Shown piece after piece: positions 19,058 to 30,085 of a DNA stretch of 64,000 nucleotides. Each line of letters opens with the position of its first letter. Within the stretch, counting starts at the first letter, position 1. The DNA comes from an uncultured Acidobacteriota bacterium (GTDB lineage: Bacteria; Acidobacteriota; Vicinamibacteria; Vicinamibacterales; JAFNAJ01). Location of the stretch: positions 320,812 through 384,811 of the forward strand of contig CAVONI010000001.1 in the NCBI GenBank assembly GCA_963697285.1, read 5' to 3'. The notes beneath the pieces were generated by a model. It searched no databases. It had not been told where the DNA came from and was given only the letters and a program-made list of their open reading frames with translations. The position numbers and the translations under genes are program-made.

Positions 19058-19067
19058 CTCTTTCGGT

Positions 19068-19583
19068 CTACCGCGGCGTCGCCATCAGCTGATCGGCGTG
19101 CCTGAGCGACACGCTGAACACCTTCGACGACCGTGTCGCGCCTTCGACGAAGTTGACCGTGTTCACCTGGTCGGCGAACAGGTCGACGAGGAGGACATTG
19201 GTCATCGCCGATTTCGCGAGCGCCTGCGCCCAGTCGGCCTCGACGTAGATCCAGGCGGTCTTCACCGTCACTTCGGCGCCGACGTACTTGAACACCGTGC
19301 GCTTCCCGCCAGACTCGAGGGCGAACGCCGCGTTGAGCCAGGGCTCGAACGCCGCGGCGAACGCCTTCGTGTCTTCGACCACCACGCGTCGCCCCGCCGC
19401 CCGGCCCAGCGCGGCTTCCAGGTCGTCGGGGAAGAACCGCAGGGCGACCTCGAGGCGACCGTCGGGCGTGCGCTCGACCTGCGCGAGCGTCGCGTGAAAG
19501 TCGTGGGCCGCCAGCGTAGCCACCGACGCCACGACGAACGCGAGTGCCGCGACGAAGCGCGCGCGGTGAGCCACCAGGGTCAC
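19068..19583 (-). CDS. DUF6702-like secreted protein, translationally coupled to the M1 peptidase
   Basis: It has a signal peptide, then [33 protein letters not shown], which matches the H-x-F/Y...F-x-DDLE-x-AL N-terminal pattern I associate with DUF6702. Its GTG start overlaps the upstream TGA (GTGA at 19583-19580). Confidence 0.55.
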   Translation of the reverse strand: MTLVAHRARFVAALAFVVASVATLAAHDFHATLAQVERTPDGRLEVALRFFPDDLEAALGRAAGRRVVVEDTKAFAAAFEPWLNAAFALESGGKRTVFKYVGAEVTVKTAWIYVEADWAQALAKSAMTNVLLVDLFADQVNTVNFVEGATRSSKVFSVSLRHADQLMATPR

Positions 19584-22013
19584 GGCTGCGTGCCCGGCTT
19601 CTTCTCGAGTTGCTGCATCGGATTGCGCTGGCGCTCCTGCCTGAACAGCTGGAACCGCGACTTCACCGGTTGCGCGGGCCAGGTGTTGTTCGAGAGATCC
19701 ACGTCGGCGATCTCGAGGTGCGGATCGAGCGTCAGGCTCTTGATTTCCTTGCCCGTCACGATCATCTTCTCGACCGACACGGCGTTCCTCCGCCAGATCT
19801 CCGCCGGGATCCGAAGCTCCTCCGACGTCCCGTCGGCGTAGTCGATCTTCAGGATCACCGGCATCACGAGGCCACCGATGTTGCGGAGGCCGACCAGGTA
19901 GAAGTTCGCGGTGGTCCCGAGCAGTTCCTTCTCTTTCGGTTCGAGCTTCGCGACGAGATCGGCGAACGCCTTGCGGTCGGCGTCCGTCACGTCGAGCTCG
20001 TCGTAGCTGTTGTAGAAGTCCTTGAGGTCGGGCTGTGCGTCGACCAGCTTCGCCAGCGGTGCGTTGCGCTGCTGCGAGAGCGAGTCGGGCATGGCGTCAC
20101 GCGTGGTCTTCTGGATGGCCTTCTCGGTCTCGGGGTTGCGCGTGTCGACGGTGTAGAGCTTGACGCCGTCGATGGCCTGGTCGGCGTGGTCGGTCGAATA
20201 GAACCACCCCCGCCAGAACCAGTCGAGATCGACGCCCGAGGCATCTTCCATGGTCCTGAAGAAATCGGCCGGCTCGGGCCGCTTGAACTTCCAGCGCGTC
20301 GAGTACTCCTTGAACGCGACGTCGAACAACCCCCGGCCGAGGATGGTCTCGCGCAGGATGTTCAGGCCCGTGGCCGGCTTGCTGTAGGCGTTGGGGCCGA
20401 GCTGCTGCACCGACTCGGAGTTCGTCATGATCGGGTCCTGCGTCGACGCCTGCATGTACTCGACGATGGCGCGCGGTTCGCCCCGCGACGAGGGGTAGTC
20501 TTTCTCCCACTCGTTCTCGGCGAGGATCTGCAGGAAGGAGTTCAGCCCTTCGTCCATCCACGTCCACTGCCGCTCGTCGGAGTTCACGATCATCGGGAAG
20601 TAGTTGTGTCCGACCTCGTGGATCACGACCGAGATCAGGCCGTACTTCGTCCGCTCGGCATACGTGCCATCCGGCTCGGGCCGCGGGCCGTTGAAGCAGA
20701 TCATCGGGTACTCCATCCCGCCGACCGGACCGTTCACCGAGATCGCCACTGGATAGGGGTAGGCGAAGCTGAACTTCGAGTAGACGTTCAGCGTGTGGAT
20801 CACGGCGGCGGTCGAGTACTTCTCCCACAGGGGGTTGCCCTCGTTCGGGTAGTACAGACATCGCCATCACGCGGTTCGGGTTGCCGTCGACCATGTGGCC
20901 CTGGGCGTCCCAGATGAACTTGCGCGACGAGGCGAACGCGAAGTCACGGACGTTGTCTGCCTTGAAGACCCACGTCTTCTTGCCGGTCGACTTCTCACTC
21001 TCGTTGGCTTTCGCCTCGGCGGGCGTCACCACCAGCACGGGCCGCGTGGCGGTTGTCGCCTGGGCAAGCCGGTCTCGCTGCGCGGGTGTCAGGACCTGTG
21101 CCGCGTTCTGCAGGACGCCCGATGCGCCGACCACGTGGTCGTCTGGCGCGGTGATGCGCACGAGGTAGTCGCCGAACTCGAGGGTGAACTCGCCCGAGCC
21201 CAGGAACTGCTTGTGGTGCCAGCCGTTGACGTCGGTGTAGGCGGCAAGCCGCGGGAACCACTGCGCGATCTCGAAGATGTCGTTCCCGTCGGCGGGGAAG
21301 TGCTCGTAGCCGCTGCGGCCGCGAATCCGCTTCGCGTCGTTGATGTTGTAGTTCCACCCGACGTTGAAAACGAAGACGCCCTGGGGCGCGAGCGGCTGCT
21401 GCAGATCGATCCGCATCATCGTCTTGACGATGGTGTGGGGGAGTGGCGCGCCCTTGGCGTCGGTGACCGACGTGATGTTGTGGCCGCCGTCGAACGCCAT
21501 CGACGCAAGGAGGCTCTCGAGGCTGTCGTACGACATCCGCGGCCCGCGCGGAGTGCCTTCGGCCGCCTCGGCGGCGCCGCCCCCGCCGCCCCGTCCGCCC
21601 ATCCCCGTGAACGACGGGGCGGTCTGCGTCAGGGCCGTGTCGGAGTCCTTCCTGAAGATGTTCTGGTCGAGTTGCAGCCAGAGATACGTCAGGGGCTCGG
21701 GCGAGTTGTTCCTGTAGGTGATCGTCTCGCGGCCGGTGATGCGCCGGTTCACCTCGTCGAGTTCGACGTCGATGACGTAGTCGGCACGCTGCTGCCAGTA
21801 GCGGTAGCCGGGTGCTCCGGAAGCGGTCCGGTAGTCGTTGGGCGTCGGCAGGATCTCTTCGAGCTGCCTGAACTTGTCGACGGGGTTGACCAGCGTCGTC
21901 TGGGCACCGGCGCCTGTCGGGACGGCAAGAAGAGCGAGGACCAGGGCGGTCCCGCACCGGAGCGGTGCAGGGGATGAGAAGGTCACGCGGGAGACTCCTT
22001 GAGAGGAGGCCAC
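19580..22013 (-). CDS. M1 family zinc metallopeptidase (aminopeptidase N-like), interrupted by one frameshift near 20855
   Basis: The N-part is in ORF 20097..22013 and the C-part in ORF 19580..20803. Motifs are HEXXH ([10 protein letters not shown]) and WMDEGLNSF. Removing one base near 20855 restores [30 protein letters not shown]. Confidence 0.85.
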
Positions 22014-22250
22014 GAGGAAGCGGCCGCGCGTAGTCTAACCGCAACGCGGGTCATTCCTCGTCCCGGGCGTCGTGCGTGGGTGGACCGAGCGGCCCCGCCG
22101 CGCGGACGGTGCGCCGTCGGCCTGTGCCTGCGCAACCTCGCCGCGACAGCGAGGGGCTCTGCGAATCGACGATAATCGGCACGCACGAGGTGGCCCGCGG
22201 GGCGACCGCGCCACACGCGTGCGGGCGAGCTGTTCACCGGGAGTACGGAC

Positions 22251-23742
22251 ATGCGGAAGTGGTTCATGCGGCTGGTCGGGCTTGTGCTGCTTCGTGGCCG
22301 CGACCCTCGTAATCGGCGGCGGCGTCCAGGCGGTCATGGCCGTGCCCGAGTTGCAGGCATGGCACCGTTTCGTGCCCCAGGCGGAACTGCGCGCGACTGA
22401 CATCGACGCATCGTTCACGCTGGCTCAGTACCTCGAGCGCGAGGCGACGGTGTTCGCGCAGGTGCACGACAACGTCGAGGCGCCCACCGTCGCGACCGCC
22501 GGCGCGATCGTCGTCGGCAGCCGGTACGATCCGTCGAGCATGAGCTCGCCGCGGCACGCCGACCGCGATTGGAACCGCACGTTCGAGATGGTGCCCGCCG
22601 ACATTCGCGGCGGCGTCCTGCTCGTGCACGGCCTCACCGACTCGCCGTACAGCATGCGGACGATTGCGGGCCTGCTGAAAGCGAAGGGCTACTACGCGCT
22701 GGCGCTGCGGATGCCCGGCCACGGGACGGTGCCGGCGGGCCTGGTACACGCGCAGGGCGAGGATTGGCTCGCCGCCGTCCGCATGGGCGTGCGCCACGTG
22801 CGGCGCACGATCGGCCCCGATCGCCCGCTGATGCTCGTCGGATACTCCAACGGCGGCGCGCAGGTGATGCGCTATGCGCTCGAAGCCACCCTCGATGCCA
22901 CGTTGCCGGCGCCGTCACGCATCGTGTTGATCTCGCCGATGATCGGCGTGAGTCCGCTGGCGCGGCTCGCGCGCATCATCAGCGCGCTCGGTCCGTTCCC
23001 CGGTTTCGAGAAGGCACGGTGGCTCGACGTCATCCCCGAATACAACCCGTTCAAGTACAACTCGTTTCCCGCAAACGCCGGGCTCCAGAGCTTCCGTGTG
23101 TCGTCGAGCCTCCAGGACGAGATCGCGGCCGCCGTCGAGAGCGGTGCGATCGAACGCCTGCCGCCGATCCTGACGTTCGTGTCGGTGGTCGATTCGACCG
23201 TCAGCACGCCGGCCGTGGTCGAGGTCCTTTACAACCAGCTACGCGGGCGCGGCCACGAGCTCGTCGCCTTCGACATCAACCGCTTGTCGGGGCTCGAGCC
23301 GTTCATCCGTCCGTCAGACGCGGCGATGGTGGCCAGGCTGGCCGCCGGCGGCGCGCGCACGTATGGGCGCACGCTGATCACGAACGTCACCGCCGAGACG
23401 CTCGGCGTGAAGGCGCGGTCGGTGGCCCCGGGATCGACGAACGTCGAGGATGTGCCGTTGGAGCTCGCGTGGCCAGCCGCCATCTTCTCGCTGTCACACG
23501 TCGCGCTGCCGTTTCCGCCCGACGACCCCATCTACGGGCCCGGGCCTGGAACGGGCGCGCCGCGCTCGCTCACGCTGGGCCGGCTGGCGCCGCGCGGAGA
23601 GAAGGCGGTGCTCACCGTGCCCATCGAGACACTGATGCGAGTCAGCTGGAACCCGTTCTTCCCTTACATGGCGCAACGGATCGAGGCATGGGCCGATGAG
23701 GCCGTCGCGTCGGCGCCGGTCGCGGGTGCGGTCAAGCCGTAG
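22251..23742 (+). CDS. alpha/beta hydrolase (lysophospholipase / serine aminopeptidase S33-like), membrane-anchored
   Basis: Motifs are LLVHGLTDSPYS (oxyanion HG) and LVGYSNGG (GxSxG). ATG 22251 gives MRKWFMRLVGLVLL in frame 0, which continues as VAATLVIGGGVQAV in frame 1. This implies a 1-nt insertion near 22292. The alternative is an in-frame GTG start at 22294. Confidence 0.75.
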
Positions 23743-23750
23743 CCAGCGCG

Positions 23751-25946
23751 TCAGTACGCCAGCAACCGTCGCAGCGCCGCCGCCACCTTGTCTGCCGTTG
23801 GCAGGTGCGCCGCTTCCAGCACCGGTGAAAACGGGACCGGGGTGTCGGCCGCCGCCACGAGGCCGACGGGCGCGTCGAGGTCGTCGAAGCAGTGCGTGAC
23901 GATCTCGGTGACCACGGTCGCCCCGAACGATCCCCTGCGGGGCGCCTCGCAGGTCACGAGCACCCGCGACGTCTTCGCGACCGAACGGCGGATGGTGTCG
24001 ATGTCGAGCGGGATCAGCGATCGCAGGTCGATGACCTCGATCGACACGCCCTCCTCGCGCGCAAGCAGCGCCGCGGCCTCGAGCGCGCGGAAGACCTGCG
24101 AGCCGTACGTCACCAACGTCGCATCACGACCCTCACGGATCACCCGTGCGCACCCGAGCGGTACGACGTAGTCGTCGGGTGGCACCGGCAGGTTCATCCC
24201 CGCGGGCAGCCGATCGGGGACGACGCGGTAGTGCTGTTTGTACTCGAGGAACAGGACCGGGTTGCCATCGCGAACCGCGGCCTTGAGCAGGCCCTTCGCG
24301 TCGAACGCCGTGATGGGCGCGACGATCTTCAGTCCCGGCGTCGAGGCGAACCACGACTCCGGGTTCACCGAGTGGTAGAGCGAGGTGCCGTGCGCCCAGC
24401 CCGACGGCATCCGGAACACGATGGGCACCGGCCCCATGCCGCGGACCTGCTGCGTCGCGGCATAGTTGACGATCATCTTGAACGCCTCGGAGGCGAAGTC
24501 GGCGTACTGGAACTCCACCACCGCGCGCAGGCCGAGCAGGACGGCGCCTGCGGCGAGGCCGCAGAATCCCGCCTCGGCAATCGGCGCGTCGACGACGCGC
24601 CGCTGAGCCGGCGGCCGCTCGGCGTTCCAGTCGGTCTTCCACTCCAGCCCGTCGAACTGGCGCGAGAAGCCCTCGGTGATCTTGAACGCGCCGTTCGAGA
24701 TTCCGATGTCCTCGCCCACCAGGAAGAGCGACGGATCGCGCTCGAGCTCTTCGCGCAGCGCGTCGTGGATGGCGCGGTGATACGTGACGTGCGCGCCCGC
24801 GTGCGGCGCGGCGGCGAGCGACGTCCCGAACACCGCCGACGGCGCGAACACGCGCCGCTCGATGTCGCCGGCGTCTGGCTGCGGACAACGCTCGGCCGCG
24901 ATTGCCGCGGCGAGCACCTCGGCGGCGATCCGCTCGTCGACAACGGCGAGCGTCGCCTCGTCGGCGAGGCCCTCTGCGAGCAGGCGGCGGCGGAATCCCG
25001 CGACCGGGTCCTTGCCCTCCCACTGCGACAACTGACCGGCGGGCACGTAGGTACCGAAGGGGTCCGCCAGCGAGTGGCCTTCGAGCCGCATCGTCATGGC
25101 CTCGATGATCGTGACCGCCCGCTCGGTGCGCGCCCGTGCGAGCGCGGTCCGCACGGTGTCGTACACCGTGGTCACGTTCGTGCCGTCGATGAGGTACCCC
25201 TCGGTCGCGCTGCCGTACGCCAGCGCGCGCAGCGCCAGCGTCGGCGCCGCGTACTGCAGCGTCCGGGGGGTGCCGAATGCCCACTGGTTGTTCTCGATCA
25301 CGAGGACGAGCGGCAGGCGCATCACCGTGGCGATGTTGAGTGCCTCGTGCACGTCGCCCGTGCTCGTCGACCCCTCGCCGATGAAGGCGAGCACCGCGTT
25401 GTCGGTGTCGCGGTACCGCTCGGCAAACGCGCAGCCCGCGCCCACGGCGACGAGGGTGCCGAGATGGCTCACGAGGCCGGCGATCCGCGCCGCACGGCTG
25501 CCCATGTGCAGGCTGCCGTCCCAGCCGTGCGTCAGGCCCGGGGTGCGTCCGCAGACCTGCGCGAGGATGTCGACGATCGGCACGCCGCGCACGATGTAGG
25601 CGCCCAGATCGCGGATCGCCAGCGTCGTCCACTCCTCGGGGCGCAGCGCGGCCGTTGCCCCGACGGCCGTGGCCTCGTTGCCTGTGCACGTGAGGTGCTT
25701 GCCGAAGCCGAGTCCCTTCCGCAGCAGCTTCACGATCTCGCGATCGACGGCGCGGGTCAGCGCCATCAGCCGGTAGAGATCGACCTGGTCGGGCGCTGGG
25801 AGCGGTGACGCGGGGACGTCGTGCCACGACATGCCGTCGGCCGTGACGTGGAGCACGCGGTGCTCGAGATCGGCAGCCGGGTCGAGGCGCTCGAGGTCGC
25901 GATAGGTGACAGAAGGCGCAGGGGCGCCGGCGTGGAGTCGGGTCAT
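23751..25946 (-). CDS. 2-oxoacid dehydrogenase E1 component, fused alpha/beta subunits (TPP-dependent)
   Basis: 731-aa ORF. The N-half is alpha-like (TGNEATAVG, IGEGSTSTGDVHEALN). The C-half is beta-like (PIAEAGFCGLAAGA, VFRMPSGW, VEVIDLRSLIPLD). Confidence 0.85.
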   Translation of the reverse strand: MTRLHAGAPAPSVTYRDLERLDPAADLEHRVLHVTADGMSWHDVPASPLPAPDQVDLYRLMALTRAVDREIVKLLRKGLGFGKHLTCTGNEATAVGATAALRPEEWTTLAIRDLGAYIVRGVPIVDILAQVCGRTPGLTHGWDGSLHMGSRAARIAGLVSHLGTLVAVGAGCAFAERYRDTDNAVLAFIGEGSTSTGDVHEALNIATVMRLPLVLVIENNQWAFGTPRTLQYAAPTLALRALAYGSATEGYLIDGTNVTTVYDTVRTALARARTERAVTIIEAMTMRLEGHSLADPFGTYVPAGQLSQWEGKDPVAGFRRRLLAEGLADEATLAVVDERIAAEVLAAAIAAERCPQPDAGDIERRVFAPSAVFGTSLAAAPHAGAHVTYHRAIHDALREELERDPSLFLVGEDIGISNGAFKITEGFSRQFDGLEWKTDWNAERPPAQRRVVDAPIAEAGFCGLAAGAVLLGLRAVVEFQYADFASEAFKMIVNYAATQQVRGMGPVPIVFRMPSGWAHGTSLYHSVNPESWFASTPGLKIVAPITAFDAKGLLKAAVRDGNPVLFLEYKQHYRVVPDRLPAGMNLPVPPDDYVVPLGCARVIREGRDATLVTYGSQVFRALEAAALLAREEGVSIEVIDLRSLIPLDIDTIRRSVAKTSRVLVTCEAPRRGSFGATVVTEIVTHCFDDLDAPVGLVAAADTPVPFSPVLEAAHLPTADKVAAALRRLLAY

Positions 25947-26039
25947 GGGGGCAACGATCCGATGCTACCCCTCCTCGCAGGAAATCGGATTCCGTTTCTT
26001 GCTCGAGGTCAGCTGTTTCACGGACGCGTGTCCTGCGCG

Positions 26040-26927
26040 CTATTCCTCGTGACGCTGCCGGCGCGAGCGCGAACGGCTCCCCGGCGGGCGGACGGCCGCT
26101 TCCAGCCGCGCCGCGTGCGCCGCAAACGCGGGCGTCGGCCCCGTCCAGCGCAACCCGTCCACGTCGTCGAACAGGGCGATGTCGGTGCGCAGCGTCGCCA
26201 GAGTCCGGAACAGCAAGGCGCGGTCACGCTGGTCGACGAGCGTGCGCGCGAGGTTGTCGGCACCGGTGACGTTGACGTGCCAGTCGCGCGGCGAGGGCGG
26301 GATGTCCTCCAGGTGGCCGAACCTGGCGAGGACCGCCGCAGTCGATTTCGCGCCCCAGCCTGGCAGGCCGGGGTACCCGTCGGCCGCGTCGCCCACCAGC
26401 GCGAGGTAGTCGGGAATGGATGCCGGCGCGACGCCGAACTTCTTCACGACCGCTGCTTCGTCGTACGTGACGCGCGTGCGGCGGTTCTGCTGCACGACGC
26501 GCGTTCCGCGCACGCACTGCGCGAGGTCCTTGTCGGGTGAGCAGATGACGACCTGCCCGACGCGCGCATCGCGCGCGGCCGCCACCGCCGCGGCCGCGAG
26601 CGCGTCATCGGCCTCGAACGCCACCATCGGCCAGACCACGAACCCCGCCGCGCCGAGGACCTCCTCGAGCAGCGGGAACTGCGAGAGCAGGTCAGGGTCG
26701 ATGCCGTCGCCGGTCTTGTAGCCCGCCCAGAGGTCGTTGCGGAACGACTCGATCACGTGATCGGTCGCGATGGCGACGTGCGTGGCGCCGGCGCTGACCA
26801 TGCCCAGCATCGACGACACGACCGCGCGCACCGCGCCCACCTCGCGCCCGTCGGCATCACGTGCTGAAGGCACGGCGAAGTAGTGGCGGAACAACTCGTA
26901 GGTGCCGTCGACGACGTGTACATCCAT
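26040..26927 (-). CDS. 5'-3' exonuclease / flap endonuclease (PIN-like plus H3TH domains)
   Basis: ATG at 26927. Blocks are MDVHVVDGTYELFRHYF, FEADDALAAAA, IPDYLALVGDAADGYPGLPGWGAKSTAAVL and an H3TH region. The longer ORF extension to 27284 has a non-protein-like composition. Confidence 0.8.
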   Translation of the reverse strand: MDVHVVDGTYELFRHYFAVPSARDADGREVGAVRAVVSSMLGMVSAGATHVAIATDHVIESFRNDLWAGYKTGDGIDPDLLSQFPLLEEVLGAAGFVVWPMVAFEADDALAAAAVAAARDARVGQVVICSPDKDLAQCVRGTRVVQQNRRTRVTYDEAAVVKKFGVAPASIPDYLALVGDAADGYPGLPGWGAKSTAAVLARFGHLEDIPPSPRDWHVNVTGADNLARTLVDQRDRALLFRTLATLRTDIALFDDVDGLRWTGPTPAFAAHAARLEAAVRPPGSRSRSRRQRHEE

Positions 26928-27066
26928 GCGTATCGTTGCTTTCCTCAGCGCGCCGGCCGTTCGGGACCGCGCCCTCCAGCATGCCTTGGAAACGGCCGGA
27001 CGGCAGATCCGCGACGCGGCGCCCCTGCGTTCGACGCCGCGCGGTTTCGTGGCATGATGACCGCTT

Positions 27067-28263
27067 ATGTCTACCGCGATCTCATCCCCTTCACGTTTCG
27101 ACTGGAGCGACCCGTTCCTCCTCGACCAGCAACTGACCCCTGACGAGCGCATGGTGCGCGACACCGCGCGCGCGTACTGCCGCGACAAGCTGGCGCCGCG
27201 CGTGCTCGAGGCCTTCCGCAACGAGCACACCGACCCCGCGATCTTCCGCGAGCTCGGTGCCCTCGACATGCTCGGGATCGTCATCCCCGAGGAGTACGGC
27301 GGCTCGGGGCTCGGCTACGTCGCCTATGGCCTGGTGGCCCGTGAGGTCGAACGGATCGACTCCGGTTTCCGCTCGATGATGAGCGTGCAGGGGTCGCTGG
27401 TCATGGTGCCGATCAACGAGTTCGGCACCGAGGCGCAGAAGCGGAAGTACCTGCCCAGGCTCGCCACGGGCGAGTGGGTCGGCTGCTTCGGCCTCACCGA
27501 GCCCAACGCGGGATCGGATCCCGGCAGCATGACGACGCGCGCGCGCCGCGTGGACGGGGGCTTCGCGCTCACCGGCACCAAGTCGTGGATCACGAACAGC
27601 CCGATCGCCGACGTGTTCGTCGTCTGGGCGAAGGATGACGAGGATGTCATCCGGGGATTCGTGCTCGAGAAGGGCTGGAAGGGCCTGACGGCGCCGGCGA
27701 TTCACGGCAAGGTGGGGCTCCGGACGAGCATCACCGGCGAGATCGTGATGGACGAGGTGTTCTGTCCCGACGAGAACGCGTTCCCCGAGGTGCGGGGACT
27801 GCGGGGGCCGTTCACCTGCCTGAACAGCGCCCGGTACGGCATCGCGTGGGGCGCGCTCGGCGCGGCCGAGGATTGCTGGCTGCGCGCGCGATCCTACGTG
27901 CTCGAGCGCAAGCAGTTCGGCCGGCCGCTGGCGGCCAACCAGTTGATCCAGAAGAAGCTCGCCGACATGCAGACCGAGATCGCGCTGGGCCTGCAGGGCT
28001 GCCTCCGCCTCGGGCGCATGAAAGACGAGGGCGGGGCGCCGGTCGAGATCACGTCGCTGCTCAAGCGCAACTCGTGCGGCAAGGCGCTCGACATCGCGCG
28101 GATGGCGCGCGACATGATGGGCGGCAACGGCATCACCGACGAGTTCGGCGTGATCCGCCACCTCGTGAACCTCGAGGTCGTGAACACGTACGAGGGCACG
28201 CACGACATCCACGCGCTCATCCTCGGGCGCGCGCAGACGGGCATCCAGGCCTTCTCGAACTGA
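27067..28263 (+). CDS. gcdH: glutaryl-CoA dehydrogenase (acyl-CoA dehydrogenase family)
   Basis: 398 aa. The sequence [28 protein letters not shown]...[16 protein letters not shown]...[15 protein letters not shown] is the characteristic GcdH pattern. Confidence 0.9.
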   Translation: MSTAISSPSRFDWSDPFLLDQQLTPDERMVRDTARAYCRDKLAPRVLEAFRNEHTDPAIFRELGALDMLGIVIPEEYGGSGLGYVAYGLVAREVERIDSGFRSMMSVQGSLVMVPINEFGTEAQKRKYLPRLATGEWVGCFGLTEPNAGSDPGSMTTRARRVDGGFALTGTKSWITNSPIADVFVVWAKDDEDVIRGFVLEKGWKGLTAPAIHGKVGLRTSITGEIVMDEVFCPDENAFPEVRGLRGPFTCLNSARYGIAWGALGAAEDCWLRARSYVLERKQFGRPLAANQLIQKKLADMQTEIALGLQGCLRLGRMKDEGGAPVEITSLLKRNSCGKALDIARMARDMMGGNGITDEFGVIRHLVNLEVVNTYEGTHDIHALILGRAQTGIQAFSN

Positions 28264-28271
28264 CGCCGACA

Positions 28272-29285
28272 ATGATGAGCCTTTTGCCGTCGTCCCCCTG
28301 CTGTCGTTCCCTGTCCGAACCGAATCCGCGCAACGATGCCCGGGCGCTCCCGTGCCTCTCGCGAAGGCTGAGACCCTCGCGGGTCGCCCGGCTACTCGCG
28401 GTCGCACTCGCCGTCCTGATCACTGCTGCGACGGCAGACGCGCAGCCGGCGCCGCCGAGCGACGGATCCCCGGCTGTGGAGATGCGCGACCCGACCTGGA
28501 CCAGCAAGGCCGGCACGAAACTCACGCTCTTGCCGGCGGGCAACGTGTTCCCCGTGTATGTCGCCGATCCCCATCGGCCGACCAACTCGATCCAGGAGCG
28601 GTTCTACACGCGCACCGACATCCCGGACTCCATGAGCCCGCGAACCGGACTGAGCGGCGGAGGGAGCTTCGGCCTGCTGCGCCTCGACTCCGGGGGCACG
28701 TCGGGTCGCAGCTGGCAGGTCAGCCTCGACGCGGGGCTCGATGCGCTGTTCGATTCGATGCACAAGCTGGATGCCATCGGGTGGGATGGCAACTACGGCC
28801 TGACGTTCGAGACGGCGTCGCGTGGTCCGCTGGCGCTGCGGCTGGCGCTGTTCCACATCTCGGCACACCTCGGCGACGAGTACGCGATTCGCACCGGCGC
28901 CACGCGCTTCAACTACACGCGCGAGGAAGTGGCCATCGGGGCGCGCTGGCGCTTCTCGAATGCCTGGGGCGCGTATGCGGAGACCGGTGTCGCCTGGACG
29001 ATGCGCAGTGAGCAACAGGAACCCTGGCGCGTCCAGGGGGGCCTCGAGTGGGAGGGCGGGCGCGTCATGGGCGGGCGCTTCGCATGGTACGGTGCGACAG
29101 ACCTCGCGGCGATGCAGGAGCGTGGATGGCGCCTCGATGCCGCCCTCCAGGGGGGCCTCGTCGCGCGAACCAACGGACGTGCCTACAGGCTGTATCTCGA
29201 GTACCTCGATGGACGGCCCACGCTCGGCGAGTTCTACCAGTACCACGAAGCCCACCTGACACTGGGCTTCAAGATGGACCTGTAG
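28272..29285 (+). CDS. DUF1207 domain-containing secreted/outer-membrane protein
   Basis: ATG 28272 is in frame with ORF 27846..29285. It has a signal-like ARLLAVALAVLITAATADA, then LLPAGNVFPVYVADPHRP and LFHISAHLGDEY, typical of DUF1207. Confidence 0.7.
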   Translation: MMSLLPSSPCCRSLSEPNPRNDARALPCLSRRLRPSRVARLLAVALAVLITAATADAQPAPPSDGSPAVEMRDPTWTSKAGTKLTLLPAGNVFPVYVADPHRPTNSIQERFYTRTDIPDSMSPRTGLSGGGSFGLLRLDSGGTSGRSWQVSLDAGLDALFDSMHKLDAIGWDGNYGLTFETASRGPLALRLALFHISAHLGDEYAIRTGATRFNYTREEVAIGARWRFSNAWGAYAETGVAWTMRSEQQEPWRVQGGLEWEGGRVMGGRFAWYGATDLAAMQERGWRLDAALQGGLVARTNGRAYRLYLEYLDGRPTLGEFYQYHEAHLTLGFKMDL

Positions 29286-29401
29286 GCCACCGCGCCCAGC
29301 CTGCGTGTGGCGCTCACGCGCAGCCGGTCAACCCGCGGCGTCGTGCCGGTGATCGAAATGGGCAACATGACCATGGTCTCTGACCATGGTAATATCCGGC
29401 G

Positions 29402-29641
29402 ATGGACACGATGGCGATCTCGACGTTCAAGGCCACCTGCCTGGCCGCGCTGGAGCGCGTCCGCCGGACGGGGCGGCCGCTGCGCGTCACGCGGTTCGGC
29501 AAGCCCGTGGCCGACATCGTCCCCCCAATGCCGGACCCCGCGCCGCGCGAGTGGCTGGGGACGCTGCGGGGGACACTCGACATCCAGGCCGACGTGACGG
29601 TGCCGTCAGGCGAACTCGTCACGTGGGACGCCCTCAAGTGA
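29402..29641 (+). CDS. type II antitoxin, Phd/YefM family
   Basis: 79 aa. MDTMAISTFKATCLAALERVRRTGRPLRVTRFGKPVADIVP matches the Phd/YefM N-terminal fold signature. Its stop overlaps the toxin start. Confidence 0.8.
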   Translation: MDTMAISTFKATCLAALERVRRTGRPLRVTRFGKPVADIVPPMPDPAPREWLGTLRGTLDIQADVTVPSGELVTWDALK

Positions 29642-30039
29642 AGCTGCTGCTCGACACCCACATCTGGCTCTGGAGCCACGTCGCGCCCGAGCGGCTCACG
29701 AAACGCGTCGCCGCTGCGCTCGCGCGCGAGGGCAATGAACTGTGGCTGTCACCGATCAGCGTCTGGGAGTTCCTGCTGCTCGCCGAGCGCGGACGTGTGC
29801 GGGTCAGAAACGGCATGGCCCCGCGCGACTGGGTGGAGTTGGCCCTCACTACGGCGCCCATGCACGATGCGCCATTGAGCCGCGAGGTGGCGATTCGCAG
29901 CCGGGCGCTGCGCGTCGACCACGACGATCCAGCCGATCGGTTCCTTGCGGCAACGGCAGACGTCTACGACCTGACGCTCGTGACGGCCGACGAACACCTG
30001 TTGCGAGGCAAGGGCTTCCGCACGCTCGCCAATCGCTGA
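29638..30039 (+). CDS. vapC: type II toxin VapC (PIN domain ribonuclease)
   Basis: GTG 29638 overlaps the antitoxin TGA (GTGA). The sequence VKLLLDTHIWLW...SPISVWEF...DPADRFLAATA...TLVTADEHL carries the PIN acidic residues. Confidence 0.85.
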   Translation: MKLLLDTHIWLWSHVAPERLTKRVAAALAREGNELWLSPISVWEFLLLAERGRVRVRNGMAPRDWVELALTTAPMHDAPLSREVAIRSRALRVDHDDPADRFLAATADVYDLTLVTADEHLLRGKGFRTLANR

Positions 30040-30085
30040 GGGTGTCGGTCGCCGCCCTGCACGCGCCCGGGATCTGCCATCGGCG

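Noticed and set aside
22072-22250. 5' extension of the alpha/beta hydrolase ORF to 22072 (MRGWTERPRRADGAPSACACATSP...)
   Set aside because: The extension is Arg/Ala/Gly-rich and precedes the hydrophobic anchor. ATG 22251 (with an inferred 1-nt insertion) or GTG 22294 gives a sensible N-terminal membrane anchor.
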